From a virus (lineage: Duplodnaviria; Caudoviricetes): 64,000 nucleotides of DNA. The notes below the pieces were generated by a model, which made no database searches, was not told the DNA's origin, and was given only the letters and a program-made list of their open reading frames with translations. A program made the translations under genes and the position numbers. The DNA lies in IMG/VR virus record IMGVR_UViG_3300017585_000267, positions 1 to 64,000 of that record. One strand, given 5' to 3'. Below, piece after piece: positions 30,301-38,411 of this stretch (within the stretch, counting starts at the first letter, position 1; each line of letters opens with the position of its first letter).

Positions 30301-30650
30301 GCGGTGTCTCCGGAGGCCTCGTACCTGTGGATGTACTTGAGCTTGTCCCCTATGAGGCGGGCCTTCTTGTGTTCCTCCCTATATAGGATGTACTTCCTCG
30401 CCACCTCCGGATAATGCTTCATGAGATATCTCTCGACGATATCCTGAATCTGTTCCACATGGATGTCCCCGTTGAGTTTCCCGATGGCTTCCTTGATGTC
30501 CATCTCCATCAGGATGGCCATGGGCTTAGACTGTTCCTGTCCAGCCGAAGAGAAGGCATTGTCCACTGCGGTTTTAATTCTCCGGTAATCAAAGGCCTCA
30601 GGCAGGCCGTCCCTCTTGATTACCTGCTGCATTTTGTTCTTTACGTACAT
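27393..30650 (-). CDS. nrdD: Class III ribonucleotide reductase with ATP-cone and an intein
   Basis: VIKRDG ATP-cone, SC[intein]CRL finger loop, VPAES, CxxC...CxxC and glycyl-radical RIIGYL. Confidence 0.95.
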   Translation of the reverse strand: MYVKNKMQQVIKRDGLPEAFDYRRIKTAVDNAFSSAGQEQSKPMAILMEMDIKEAIGKLNGDIHVEQIQDIVERYLMKHYPEVARKYILYREEHKKARLIGDKLKYIHRYEASGDTATNLSNTDDNANSACKNVATLEGEVYKDINRLIQMSQMKELLAEIGSPYRDQYAKDLTHHIIYQHDASNSPVLKVYCSAYSLYPLLVDGTTNIDGTKNKAPKHLSSFCGQFCNLVFLLSAQKKGAGAYGEFFNFFSYFCEKEWGKDYYRNADKLATSDACLDKRTIGDEIDQYFQQVTHYINQPAGNRSNQSPFTNFNVFDSYYWHTMFDGFTFPDGSKPNWDAVNWLQKRYMRWLNDERTHTLLTFPVMTVLLLTDGKDVKDKEYKDFVATQWAAGDSFFVYLSENADSVASCCFSADTDVLWKSGGRGVQLSTLKELYDLGHEDHLRIFHNGSWVEGKAIKLPNRKMYKVTTCNDKELCLTDNHVNVTLRGEVPTTELTTDDYLMFNTQVLQATPENDRHLTYEEGFVVGMFLGDGSFGTDSQGVLYETGLSLGEDRYCKGRKTIEKCLEQLGIDVHICIHSVHDGVYPVTINSKQLASFIQNWTHWRRGTCSSDRQVNLDCLLQSAAFRKGILDGWHDTFGSNPDGCYTTSRDLAKGMEAIITSLGMSPTVDISNGTKKEAVMRDGGFIGDHPLYSIRWPEQGDLRASEDSDHSWLRRNNSIYFRIKSIEELDYSDEVYCIECKNQEEPYFTLPSGLITHNCRLRNEVTENTFSSTTGLTGVQTGSCNVMTLNLNRIIQDWYSDSVSGSTEEVPASEAWANHKDSLKDYLEAILDRVYDYQKAYKTGLYKLDKEGMLPAMKAGYISLRKLYSTIGVNGLNEAARFLGMEVSNNPGYMEFCKFVLSTIKQYNKAHSGKDFMFNLELVPAESLGVKNYNWDKEDGYWVPEDKNLYNSYIYDAHDDTSILDKIAMQGGEVAKSIDGGQASHLNLEENLTKEQYLKLLEYAVEVGNSYITFNVPQTQCDDCGFIAKHPFDECPKCGSHKVTQWSRIIGYLRPVKGWSSARQEEFKQRTFLNRRNYANGNA
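28371..29420 (-). mobile_element. Intein (350 aa) with a LAGLIDADG-type endonuclease domain
   Basis: Begins CFSADT, has block B LTDNH and motif VGMFLGDGS, and ends LPSGLITHN before the +1 Cys. Confidence 0.92.
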
Positions 30651-30703
30651 ATCTTACTGTTTTAGTTCCTGACTGTTGCAGGACATAGTGCGCGGTTCAT
30701 CTT

Positions 30704-31750
30704 TCAGTCCTCAAGAGCCTTGAGCTTGGTTATGGTGTTCGTCCCCACTACGTCGATACCCATGGGAACCTGGGGGTTGCTGTCAAGGTACTGTCTCAGT
30801 TCCCTCCCTATTACAAGGGGATCCCTGTACAGCTTGCCCACATCGTCCACGAGGGTTCCCCTGACCTTGGTGAGGGGGAACTCCCAGACGAGGGGGACCA
30901 AGGAGCTCCTGTTGACCACGATGAACCTGTAGTCCTTAAGCTCAAAGTCCTTGAAATAGGGGTCCGCATCGAGGTTGGCACGCAGGATGGACCAGTACAG
31001 GCGACCCTGTATCATATAGTTCCACTGGCAGAAGCTCTCCTGGAAATCCCATTCCTTGTGGGAGCTCGTCTTGAGGTCGCAGGGGATGATCACCTTGTCG
31101 TCGTAGTCGACTATGGCCAGGTCCATCATGCACCTGTAACCTACGCCCTCGAGGTCAGCCCTGAACTTAAGCTGGTAGTACCTCCTTACTGGAGTGTCTT
31201 CGTCATCATCCATGAAGTACCCTGAAGTCGCGGGGCTGTTCCGAAGGGCGTTGACCGTACTGACCACATCATTGTAGGTATTGCCGTCTATGATGGTCTT
31301 GTCTCCGGCAAGGTACATGAGGTTGTAGTACACGGAGCACCTTTCGATGAGTACCTTGACCCTGGTGTCGTCCCTCCAGTTCCTCTGGAACTCAAACACG
31401 TTGGCGTCAGTGAGGATGGCTTCGTATGGAATGGCCGAGAATCCCGCGCAAGTGTCACTGTAATTGCTGAACAGATCCTTGACTATGAGAAGTTCCTTGT
31501 CTCCCATGGAAGGGAACTCCGCCACATAGAACAGCCTGTCGAACTCGTCCCTCCCGCCGGTAATCCACGCATCCACGCAGCTTCCGAAGGTGAGGGAAGG
31601 TGATTCCTTCCTGTCGAAGAGGTGGCCGAGGTTGTTGAAGCCCTCCCTTTCATAGGTACTCAGGGTACTGTAGGAAAGTTCTGGCATGTTCCTGTACTCG
31701 GGCTCCAAGATGGGGAGCGCGATGGAGCTGAGCTCCTTTACTATCTCCAT
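30704..31750 (-). CDS. PD-(D/E)XK exonuclease (ExoVIII/RecE-like)
   Basis: LSYS, FGSCVD, D...DLKT and YxxQ..Y motifs. Confidence 0.8.
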   Translation of the reverse strand: MEIVKELSSIALPILEPEYRNMPELSYSTLSTYEREGFNNLGHLFDRKESPSLTFGSCVDAWITGGRDEFDRLFYVAEFPSMGDKELLIVKDLFSNYSDTCAGFSAIPYEAILTDANVFEFQRNWRDDTRVKVLIERCSVYYNLMYLAGDKTIIDGNTYNDVVSTVNALRNSPATSGYFMDDDEDTPVRRYYQLKFRADLEGVGYRCMMDLAIVDYDDKVIIPCDLKTSSHKEWDFQESFCQWNYMIQGRLYWSILRANLDADPYFKDFELKDYRFIVVNRSSLVPLVWEFPLTKVRGTLVDDVGKLYRDPLVIGRELRQYLDSNPQVPMGIDVVGTNTITKLKALED

Positions 31751-31756
31751 ATGAAT

Positions 31757-32194
31757 TCAATTGTCCAGTTGTCTGATGATTTCGACGGCTTGCATCAGTT
31801 GCCGTTTCGTGTGCAGCTCAAAGAAGACGCAGTTTGGCATGTTGTACTCCAACCATTTCCTGAAGAGCTTGCGCTTGTATGGATAGACGTCGTTGAGCAT
31901 TCCCTTCACCTCTATGACTATTAAGTGTCCGGCGTAGTTGAACGTAATGTCCGGGGTATAGGTGATGTCCTTCATCTTGGTGTCGTTCAGCTTGAGGTTC
32001 CGGGTATGGTTGTCAGGGCTGTAGAAGGGTACCGTGGGCTTGACGCCCTCGGACAGGATGAACCTCATTCCCTCGTACTTGACGTCGAAGCCTTCCTCTT
32101 TCAGTGCCCTGTACATGGAAGCCTCGGCCTTTGACCTGAAATGGATTCCATCGTAGGTCAAAGGCGTGGCGTTCCGTATCTTCCTATTCTCCAC
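31757..32194 (-). CDS. DUF1064-like PD-(D/E)XK endonuclease
   Basis: DGIxFRSKxE...YTPD...IEVKG. Confidence 0.8.
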   Translation of the reverse strand: MENRKIRNATPLTYDGIHFRSKAEASMYRALKEEGFDVKYEGMRFILSEGVKPTVPFYSPDNHTRNLKLNDTKMKDITYTPDITFNYAGHLIVIEVKGMLNDVYPYKRKLFRKWLEYNMPNCVFFELHTKRQLMQAVEIIRQLDN

Positions 32195-32567
32195 CTTCCA
32201 CGATGTCCTGCAATTCCTCGAGCCTGTTCTGAAGGCTTAACACCTGCTTCGAAAGTCCGAAGATCTTGTTGTTGGCCTCTTCCAGTTCCTGCTTGAGCTT
32301 GCAGTATCCCTCGATGAGGGACTCAAGTTCCACATTCTGCCGCTCCTCCTGGGCCTTTGTGGTGGCCTCCTCCTTCTTGGGCGCGGGAGTCTCACGGAGT
32401 TCCACCCAGTTCTGAATGAGCAAGTAAGGCAAGGTCTCTGGACATACGTCACAGAAGACGGACTTATCGACGGCCTTGCCTTCCTTGGTGGTGTAGCGAG
32501 TCCTGAATTTCAGGGTTTCCCCCATTTGCACCTTCCTGTTGGTGCCTCTTACATAATACTCTTTCAT
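32184..32567 (-). CDS. Hypothetical protein with C-terminal coiled coil
   Basis: Packed ORF with a heptad-like C-terminus. Confidence 0.65.
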   Translation of the reverse strand: MKEYYVRGTNRKVQMGETLKFRTRYTTKEGKAVDKSVFCDVCPETLPYLLIQNWVELRETPAPKKEEATTKAQEERQNVELESLIEGYCKLKQELEEANNKIFGLSKQVLSLQNRLEELQDIVEGGE

Positions 32568-32582
32568 TTTAAGATGTTTAAG

Positions 32583-33287
32583 TTAATCAATTTCATTGTA
32601 CCATTCAATCTCAGTCCCGAACCTCTTCCTCACATGGTCGTTTATGGCGGGCCACAGGTCAGGCGGGAACTTGAAGTCAGCCCTTGTACATGCGGCGGGA
32701 TGTACGGTCAGGAAGCAATTGACCCGAAAGTCGATATACCTCTCGAATGACTGCGCGTCCTTACCCATCAGTACGCAGGCGATGTCTGGATTGTTTTGGG
32801 ATGTCCTGAGGAGCAGTGAGCTTATGAATGGCCTCCACAGCAGGCAGTGCGAACCAGGTCTGCCTGTCCTGCAAGTCAGGGCCGAATTAAGCATCAACAC
32901 CCCCTGTCTCTCCCATGTCTCCAAACTAGGGTCAAAGATAGTCAAATTGTGCGGCCTTGAGAAATCTATTACGGACTCCCTAAGCACCCTTAATGACGGG
33001 GATAACCTCCCTCCCGGGTCTATGCCTCCCGAGGCTGGATTGTACCTTATGGGAGGCAGCCTGTTGCCAAAGGCTATCCCAGTGGCGACGCCCCTTTGCG
33101 GATAGGGGTCCTGGCCGAGGATGATGACCTTGAGCCTTTCGTATGGACACAGCCTGAAAGCCTCAAAGATGTTCCCATAGGAAGGGCAGATGTCGTTGGC
33201 CATGGGGGCGAGCGACCTGAGGATTTTGGTGGCCTCCCCGATGTCCAGGACAGCAGCCCATCCCCCGAAGTATTCCCTGGCCGTCAT
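32583..33287 (-). CDS. ung: Uracil-DNA glycosylase (family 1)
   Basis: VIILGQDPY, SPSL, WxxQGVLMLNSALT, GSH and HPA motifs. Confidence 0.92.
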   Translation of the reverse strand: MTAREYFGGWAAVLDIGEATKILRSLAPMANDICPSYGNIFEAFRLCPYERLKVIILGQDPYPQRGVATGIAFGNRLPPIRYNPASGGIDPGGRLSPSLRVLRESVIDFSRPHNLTIFDPSLETWERQGVLMLNSALTCRTGRPGSHCLLWRPFISSLLLRTSQNNPDIACVLMGKDAQSFERYIDFRVNCFLTVHPAACTRADFKFPPDLWPAINDHVRKRFGTEIEWYNEID

Positions 33288-34072
33288 TACAGTTCCCCTA
33301 TATATTGAAGGGCGACGTTCCGCAGGGACTCGTCGGTGGTATGCAAGGTAGGCTCCTCGACGCCCCTGATGGCAAAGGGACAGTCCTCGATGATTATCTG
33401 TATGGGAATGTGCCTATAGCTGTACACAAAGGCTTCCGAGCGGACATGAGGCATCACGATTTCGGCCTCCAGGGAAGCCTCGACCAGCCCCTTGCCGCAA
33501 TAGGCCTGTATGATGTCCTTCCTTTCCAGGAAGACCGAGGGAGCTATCCGCATCACGGGCCTCACGAACTGGTAGGTGAAGTCACCATTGCCGGGCTTCC
33601 ATGCCCTGTGGAGCCTCCAGGAACAGATCATGAGGGGCTTCATGTCCCTGTCCAGGAGTATCCCGGAGCTGCCGTAGTACAGGAAGTCCTTGCCTGGAAT
33701 CGCGACCTTCACCAGCCTGTCAAGGGGGAAGCCCTCGTTGAAGAGTGTCCTGAAGATTGGGTCCGCCGTCTTGTTGGTGACCTCATACCCATTGCAATAC
33801 AAGGAGACGACAAGAGTGTCCGTCTTCCTGCCATGAAGGTCAGGGTGAAGGATGAGCAGTCTGTTGTCGGACAACGCCGTTATGGCATTCCCCATGACAA
33901 ACAGCGGAACCTCGATGTCATCCCCGTCTATCGGGACTTCAAGGAACCTTCGGAACTGGGCGTTGCCGTCAACTATGTCGACAGGATTGGCCACTACGCC
34001 GGGATGCCTCCCATAGATGCTGCCATCTGTCCTCGCGAAGGCGTCCTTTATAACTACAGCGGTGTTCATCAT
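33287..34072 (-). CDS. Hypothetical protein coupled to the E1 gene and to ung
   Basis: ATGA overlap with the E1 stop; TAATG overlap with the ung start. Confidence 0.7.
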   Translation of the reverse strand: MMNTAVVIKDAFARTDGSIYGRHPGVVANPVDIVDGNAQFRRFLEVPIDGDDIEVPLFVMGNAITALSDNRLLILHPDLHGRKTDTLVVSLYCNGYEVTNKTADPIFRTLFNEGFPLDRLVKVAIPGKDFLYYGSSGILLDRDMKPLMICSWRLHRAWKPGNGDFTYQFVRPVMRIAPSVFLERKDIIQAYCGKGLVEASLEAEIVMPHVRSEAFVYSYRHIPIQIIIEDCPFAIRGVEEPTLHTTDESLRNVALQYIGEL

Positions 34073-35343
34073 GCGGTCGTCTTGAATATCATGTTGTGCG
34101 CGTCATACTCCGTGAAGAACGGGAAGTCATAGGGAATGGCCGGGGCGAGCTGGTTGGCAATGAAGTTGGTGAAGAGGTTGGTGATCACCGAGCCTATCAT
34201 GCAGGCCAGGTAGGTGGTCTGCTTCAGGGAGCACACGGTCTCGTCGGCCTCACCGTCTGAGAACAGGTAGTCCCTGTCATACCTCTCCATGCTGTAGTCG
34301 TCGTCACCGGCAATTGCGAACACCTGCAAGGTATCGATGCTCAGCCTTCCGTCTATATACAGGCACTTACGCCTTTCGTCAGGTGTCTTTCCCCGAAGGT
34401 GGTCCCTCCACTTGGCGAAGAACAGCTTCCTTGCGGACATGTTGTCGAAGCCGCAGATCATGATGTCGCTGGCCTCGTCAGTCTCCTGGAACTTTCGGTC
34501 TATCCCAAAGGCGTTGGTCATGTTGGTGTACTTCTTTATCATCTGCACCATGGCCGTCACCTTGGTCTTCCCCACGTCGTCCCTGCTGAACAGTTGCCCG
34601 GACATGTTGGAGGCTTCCACAATGTCGTCATCGTACAGGAACATGCCAGCGGGGGTCATCCTGGCAATCTGGAACACGGCGTTCGAGCCTATGCCCCCTA
34701 TGCCCGCCACTATGACCACGGACTTTCGGATGCTGTCATACCATTCGGCGCCTGAGAACCTCGACGTGGAGTCATCCAGGAGAAGGGTCGGGGAATTCGG
34801 GACTATCATGCCGGTGGAGTCGTAGGGTTCGCCCCTAGGCTGCTCGGCCCTCGACTCCTCCACGTGCTCGACCACCACGCTCAGTGGCGGCGTTACTGGG
34901 GAATCCTCTCCAAGATGCCTGTCATAGTCATCCCTTGGGGAATTCTCCACAATCCTGGTGACCCCCTCGGGAATCGGCGGTTCCTCTTCCGTCTCTCGGC
35001 CTTCCGTCTCAGCGAGGAGCTGGTCAACGCGTCTGACGATATCGTCCTCCAGGGCTTCGTCAGTCTCATGGGATTCCTCGGCAATGTTCTCCTGTTCCTC
35101 AGGGGGAACCATGGCCTGAGATTCATCGTTATCCACTGCCTGCTCAATCGCGACATATGTGGTATTTGGTCTATCCAGGGCCTCCCTTATGGCGTTCAGG
35201 TCAGTCGTTATCCTGAAAGGATATTCAGGTTCGTCCTGACGACGTTCCCCCTCGGGTTCGGCTGGGGTGAAGTCCATGGGATCCAAACCAGCCGAGGCGA
35301 GTATTTCATTCAGTTCTGTGTTGTCCATGTTCAATAGATCCAT
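34069..35343 (-). CDS. ThiF/E1-like ubiquitin-activating enzyme with a long acidic N-terminal extension
   Basis: GIGGIG, DDDIVExSNxxGQ, K, CGFDN..AR and DGR motifs; candidate catalytic Cys in ETVCSLKQT (34231-34233). Confidence 0.88.
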   Translation of the reverse strand: MDLLNMDNTELNEILASAGLDPMDFTPAEPEGERRQDEPEYPFRITTDLNAIREALDRPNTTYVAIEQAVDNDESQAMVPPEEQENIAEESHETDEALEDDIVRRVDQLLAETEGRETEEEPPIPEGVTRIVENSPRDDYDRHLGEDSPVTPPLSVVVEHVEESRAEQPRGEPYDSTGMIVPNSPTLLLDDSTSRFSGAEWYDSIRKSVVIVAGIGGIGSNAVFQIARMTPAGMFLYDDDIVEASNMSGQLFSRDDVGKTKVTAMVQMIKKYTNMTNAFGIDRKFQETDEASDIMICGFDNMSARKLFFAKWRDHLRGKTPDERRKCLYIDGRLSIDTLQVFAIAGDDDYSMERYDRDYLFSDGEADETVCSLKQTTYLACMIGSVITNLFTNFIANQLAPAIPYDFPFFTEYDAHNMIFKTTA

Positions 35344-36506
35344 CTTTCAAGTTCATTGATGTACGCGGTGAGGTACGGGTTGTCATGGAGCGGATCCACG
35401 AAGGTCTTGAGCTCCTCCTGCATGGCCATGGCCTTCACCGACCAATAGGAGTCGTCGTCAAGCATCGGGTACATGTCACGGAAGGAATCGTCCTTGCCAT
35501 ACATGAGGCTGTACTCGACGGAGTAGTCCCTCCAGCTTGTGAAGGCATCCATGTCCACGCCCCCGAACTGCTTGTCATAGACGGGGACCATGTATTTGTC
35601 GACCCACTCCTTGAGGTTCGACTTGCCGCCGTGCATGATGAGGGAACAGGTGAGCATCCTGAGCACGAGCTCCCGTATGGACTCGTCCCCCACCATGTAG
35701 CTGGACCGCAAGTTAGCCACGTCGTTCTGGACGACGCCCTCAAGCTCCCTCTCGGAGAACAGTCCGGGCTCAGCCTTTTGGGGCTGCCAGGCATCGGAGA
35801 TTCCGGGAGACAACGTGACGGCAGAGGCCTTCTTCCTTTTCTCGATTTCCTCGAACCTCCTGTCCATGTCGTCGAAGGGATTGGCCACCGCAGGCTTCTC
35901 GATGTCGAGCATGAAGTACTCGACCTTGCTGCACACGTCTTCCTTCCTGACTTCCTTGCGGTCGTCGCCCGACTTGACTTCTCCCTCACCAAAGAACTGG
36001 TAGGTGCTCTCAAGGCAGGTCACGGTGATTTCCCTCTTGATCCTGACGTTCCTCGTTATGGCCGCGACGTAGTTTCCCGCATTGTCGACTATCAGGGAGA
36101 CGAAGTTGTTGGTGTCGTTGCCTTCAACTTGCAGCGTGTTGATGTCCTGGCCGCTGAAGAACGCACCGAGCCTGTGATGGGAATGTATCAGCCCGATCTC
36201 ACAGTCGAACAGTTCCATGTTTTGGGCCATGTATGCGGCCACGTCCTCGTTCATGTGGTATTCGGTCCATCCCGAAGTCCCGAGGTCCATGGGATAGAAG
36301 TCCTCGCACCTGATTACGAGATCGCCTCCCTCGAAAGAGCCCGTGTGGTGATAGAACAGCACCCCGGACCACTCGGTGCTGGGGAACTTCCTCTGCAAGT
36401 ACCTTATCTTGGATTCCACCGGCTCGGGAATCACCATCCTATACGTGGAGGACATTTTGACTGGCGCAGGGGAGTTCCCCGCCTGTAGTTGCTTGGTTTC
36501 TTTCAT
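35331..36506 (-). CDS. JAB/MPN (JAMM) metallopeptidase
   Basis: EWSG, then HSHH-x6-SGQD, giving the JAMM motif E...HxH-x7-S-xx-D. Likely start MKETKQ. Confidence 0.88.
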   Translation of the reverse strand: MKETKQLQAGNSPAPVKMSSTYRMVIPEPVESKIRYLQRKFPSTEWSGVLFYHHTGSFEGGDLVIRCEDFYPMDLGTSGWTEYHMNEDVAAYMAQNMELFDCEIGLIHSHHRLGAFFSGQDINTLQVEGNDTNNFVSLIVDNAGNYVAAITRNVRIKREITVTCLESTYQFFGEGEVKSGDDRKEVRKEDVCSKVEYFMLDIEKPAVANPFDDMDRRFEEIEKRKKASAVTLSPGISDAWQPQKAEPGLFSERELEGVVQNDVANLRSSYMVGDESIRELVLRMLTCSLIMHGGKSNLKEWVDKYMVPVYDKQFGGVDMDAFTSWRDYSVEYSLMYGKDDSFRDMYPMLDDDSYWSVKAMAMQEELKTFVDPLHDNPYLTAYINELERWIY

Positions 36507-37641
36507 TTTTGAATCTATAGTTAACCGTACGAAGTATCCTGTTGAGCAGGGGCATGGCGAACAGATGGTGCAGCAGCACGGTTGGAGCCTCCCTGCTCGA
36601 CCCGTCGTCATAGATGGAGAGGTTCACGTCCCGCCCCTTGAAAGTAAGCACATAGGCACCCTCATATTCACTGGGGATGCAGGTAGAGAAGCCCCGTGAA
36701 TAGAACCTCCTGTCCCGCACGATGGCCTTCACCAGTATCCTCAGATTGAAGCAATACCTGGCTGCGGTCTTACAGCCATCCACGAGACGATTGTTCACAT
36801 AATCTATGAAGCAATTCGAGATGTCCATCATGAAGTCATAGTACTGCATCCCTACGGAGAACGAGTTGTTGCAATAGTTGAACTTGAGATGCCCGTTGGT
36901 AAGGTAGTACCTGATGAAGTCCTGAAGCGCAGCCTTCCCGAACTTTTCGTTGAAGTGCCCTATCAGGGAATTCGAGAACAGGGAGTCGTCATACTCGTTT
37001 TCTATGAGGTATCCCTTGTTGCCGATCTCCTCGAGCCTCCTGTAGGGGACCCCTGTAAGGGACTCTACTGTCACGTACATGGAGAGCTCCTGGCAGAACA
37101 GCATCCACTCCGTCTCGTCGAACTCATTCTTGAGGGAGTTGATGGTCCCGACTATGGGACCCCTCCCGAGGCACGGGCTGTCGAAACGTGAGAAGTCCTG
37201 CTTGTTGATTCCCCTGAGGTGGCTATGGGAGTAGTCGCTGAGGAACTGCGTCATGGAATACCTGGCCCTGTTGAGGTAGAAGCCGTGGCTGCTGGGAGGG
37301 ATCTTCCCGTCAAGGCCCACCCTGACCAGCGCATAGAGGTCGTCGATGACAACGGATCTGTCGTTCTCGTTGGTCACGGTGACATGCGGCCAGTAGACAT
37401 AGATGGAGCAGTACAGCCTGGCGGCGCCTTCTATCACCTTCCCGATCCTATGGTCCGAGATGTCAATGGTAGCGTCGGGAAGCTGTCCCGCATCCCATGC
37501 ACAGCCTATATAGCGTTCCATCCGGGAGCTTTGCAGGTCGACGAACTGTTCCCCGAAGAAGTCCTGGAATACCCTGTATACCGCAGCTACCTTGAAGAAA
37601 ACCCTGTCATGGAATTGTTCTTTTGTCATTAGCATAGGCAA
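36439..37641 (-). CDS. Putative prokaryotic E2-like (UBC-fold) protein
   Basis: YSHSHL...FDSPCLGRGPI resembles the E2 HPN/H...CL catalytic segment (Cys at 37171-37173). Lies between the Ubl-like and JAB genes. Confidence 0.6.
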   Translation of the reverse strand: MPMLMTKEQFHDRVFFKVAAVYRVFQDFFGEQFVDLQSSRMERYIGCAWDAGQLPDATIDISDHRIGKVIEGAARLYCSIYVYWPHVTVTNENDRSVVIDDLYALVRVGLDGKIPPSSHGFYLNRARYSMTQFLSDYSHSHLRGINKQDFSRFDSPCLGRGPIVGTINSLKNEFDETEWMLFCQELSMYVTVESLTGVPYRRLEEIGNKGYLIENEYDDSLFSNSLIGHFNEKFGKAALQDFIRYYLTNGHLKFNYCNNSFSVGMQYYDFMMDISNCFIDYVNNRLVDGCKTAARYCFNLRILVKAIVRDRRFYSRGFSTCIPSEYEGAYVLTFKGRDVNLSIYDDGSSREAPTVLLHHLFAMPLLNRILRTVNYRFKNERNQATTGGELPCASQNVLHV

Positions 37642-37652
37642 TGGACTTTTGG

Positions 37653-37695
37653 TAAAATAAAATAAAGGGAGCGAATGGTCATCCCACCCGCTCCC
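37653..37695 (-). terminator. Intrinsic terminator after the Ubl-like gene
   Basis: GGGAGCG...CGCTCCC stem followed by TTTTATTTTATTTT on the minus strand. Confidence 0.65.
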
Positions 37696-37722
37696 CTGGC
37701 ATTGAGTAAAACAGGACAGCCC

Positions 37723-38394
37723 CTACAGGTTGGCCTCGATTATGTCATCAATCTCCTTTGAAGAGAACGGCGCATCCGCAAGGTTCTGGTTGTCCTTGAC
37801 GCTCGCGAGTTTCCCTACCATCTCACCGAGCTTGGCGAGATCCTGGACATTGAGCAGGTCGGCTTCCACCGCAAGCCTCACTACGTTGAAGAGGTTGTCA
37901 CGAAGCTCCTCGGACTCCTTGGACTTGGGTTCCTCCTCGTTGTCTATGTCACAGTCCGTGCCCTCATCTTCGTCATCGTCATCGACATAGCCGTTGTCAC
38001 AGAGGAAGGTCTCGAGGGAATCCGTGGGCACCTGGGTGAAGTTCCGCCCATAGGCCTCCTGGATTCTGTCCTGAAGGCCCTGTTCCTTGATGATGGGATA
38101 GATCTCCGTGAACCTGTCCATGGCTCCCGAAGCGATGTTCTTGTGGGTGTTGGTGAGGAGGAAGACCAGGTTGTTCGTGGTTTGTCCCTTGTAGGGGACG
38201 TTGGCGGGCAGCGGAGAGGCGTCGTCATTGAGGGTGGTCTTGGTTATGCCCTCGGTAAAGGACATCCCGGTATAGTCGATGCCGTTCTCCCTGAAAGCCG
38301 CCTTGAGCTCCCCAAGGGTTGTTGCATTGGTAGTGATTTTGTACCTTTTTTGGTCTTTGGTACTGGCGACCATGATTGTGCGATTTGTTTCCAT
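37723..38394 (-). CDS. Putative ubiquitin-like (beta-grasp) precursor with C-terminal extension
   Basis: Residues 1-90 show a beta-beta-alpha(TLGELK)-beta...beta(LVFLL) pattern ending KNIASG. A helical and acidic extension follows. Confidence 0.65.
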   Translation of the reverse strand: METNRTIMVASTKDQKRYKITTNATTLGELKAAFRENGIDYTGMSFTEGITKTTLNDDASPLPANVPYKGQTTNNLVFLLTNTHKNIASGAMDRFTEIYPIIKEQGLQDRIQEAYGRNFTQVPTDSLETFLCDNGYVDDDDEDEGTDCDIDNEEEPKSKESEELRDNLFNVVRLAVEADLLNVQDLAKLGEMVGKLASVKDNQNLADAPFSSKEIDDIIEANL

Positions 38395-38411
38395 AATCGT
38401 TGTATAGCTAG

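Noticed and set aside
34069-35343. ThiF as a thiamine or molybdopterin biosynthesis enzyme
   Set aside because: No ThiS/ThiG/MoaE context is present; its neighbours are JAB, E2-like and Ubl-like genes.
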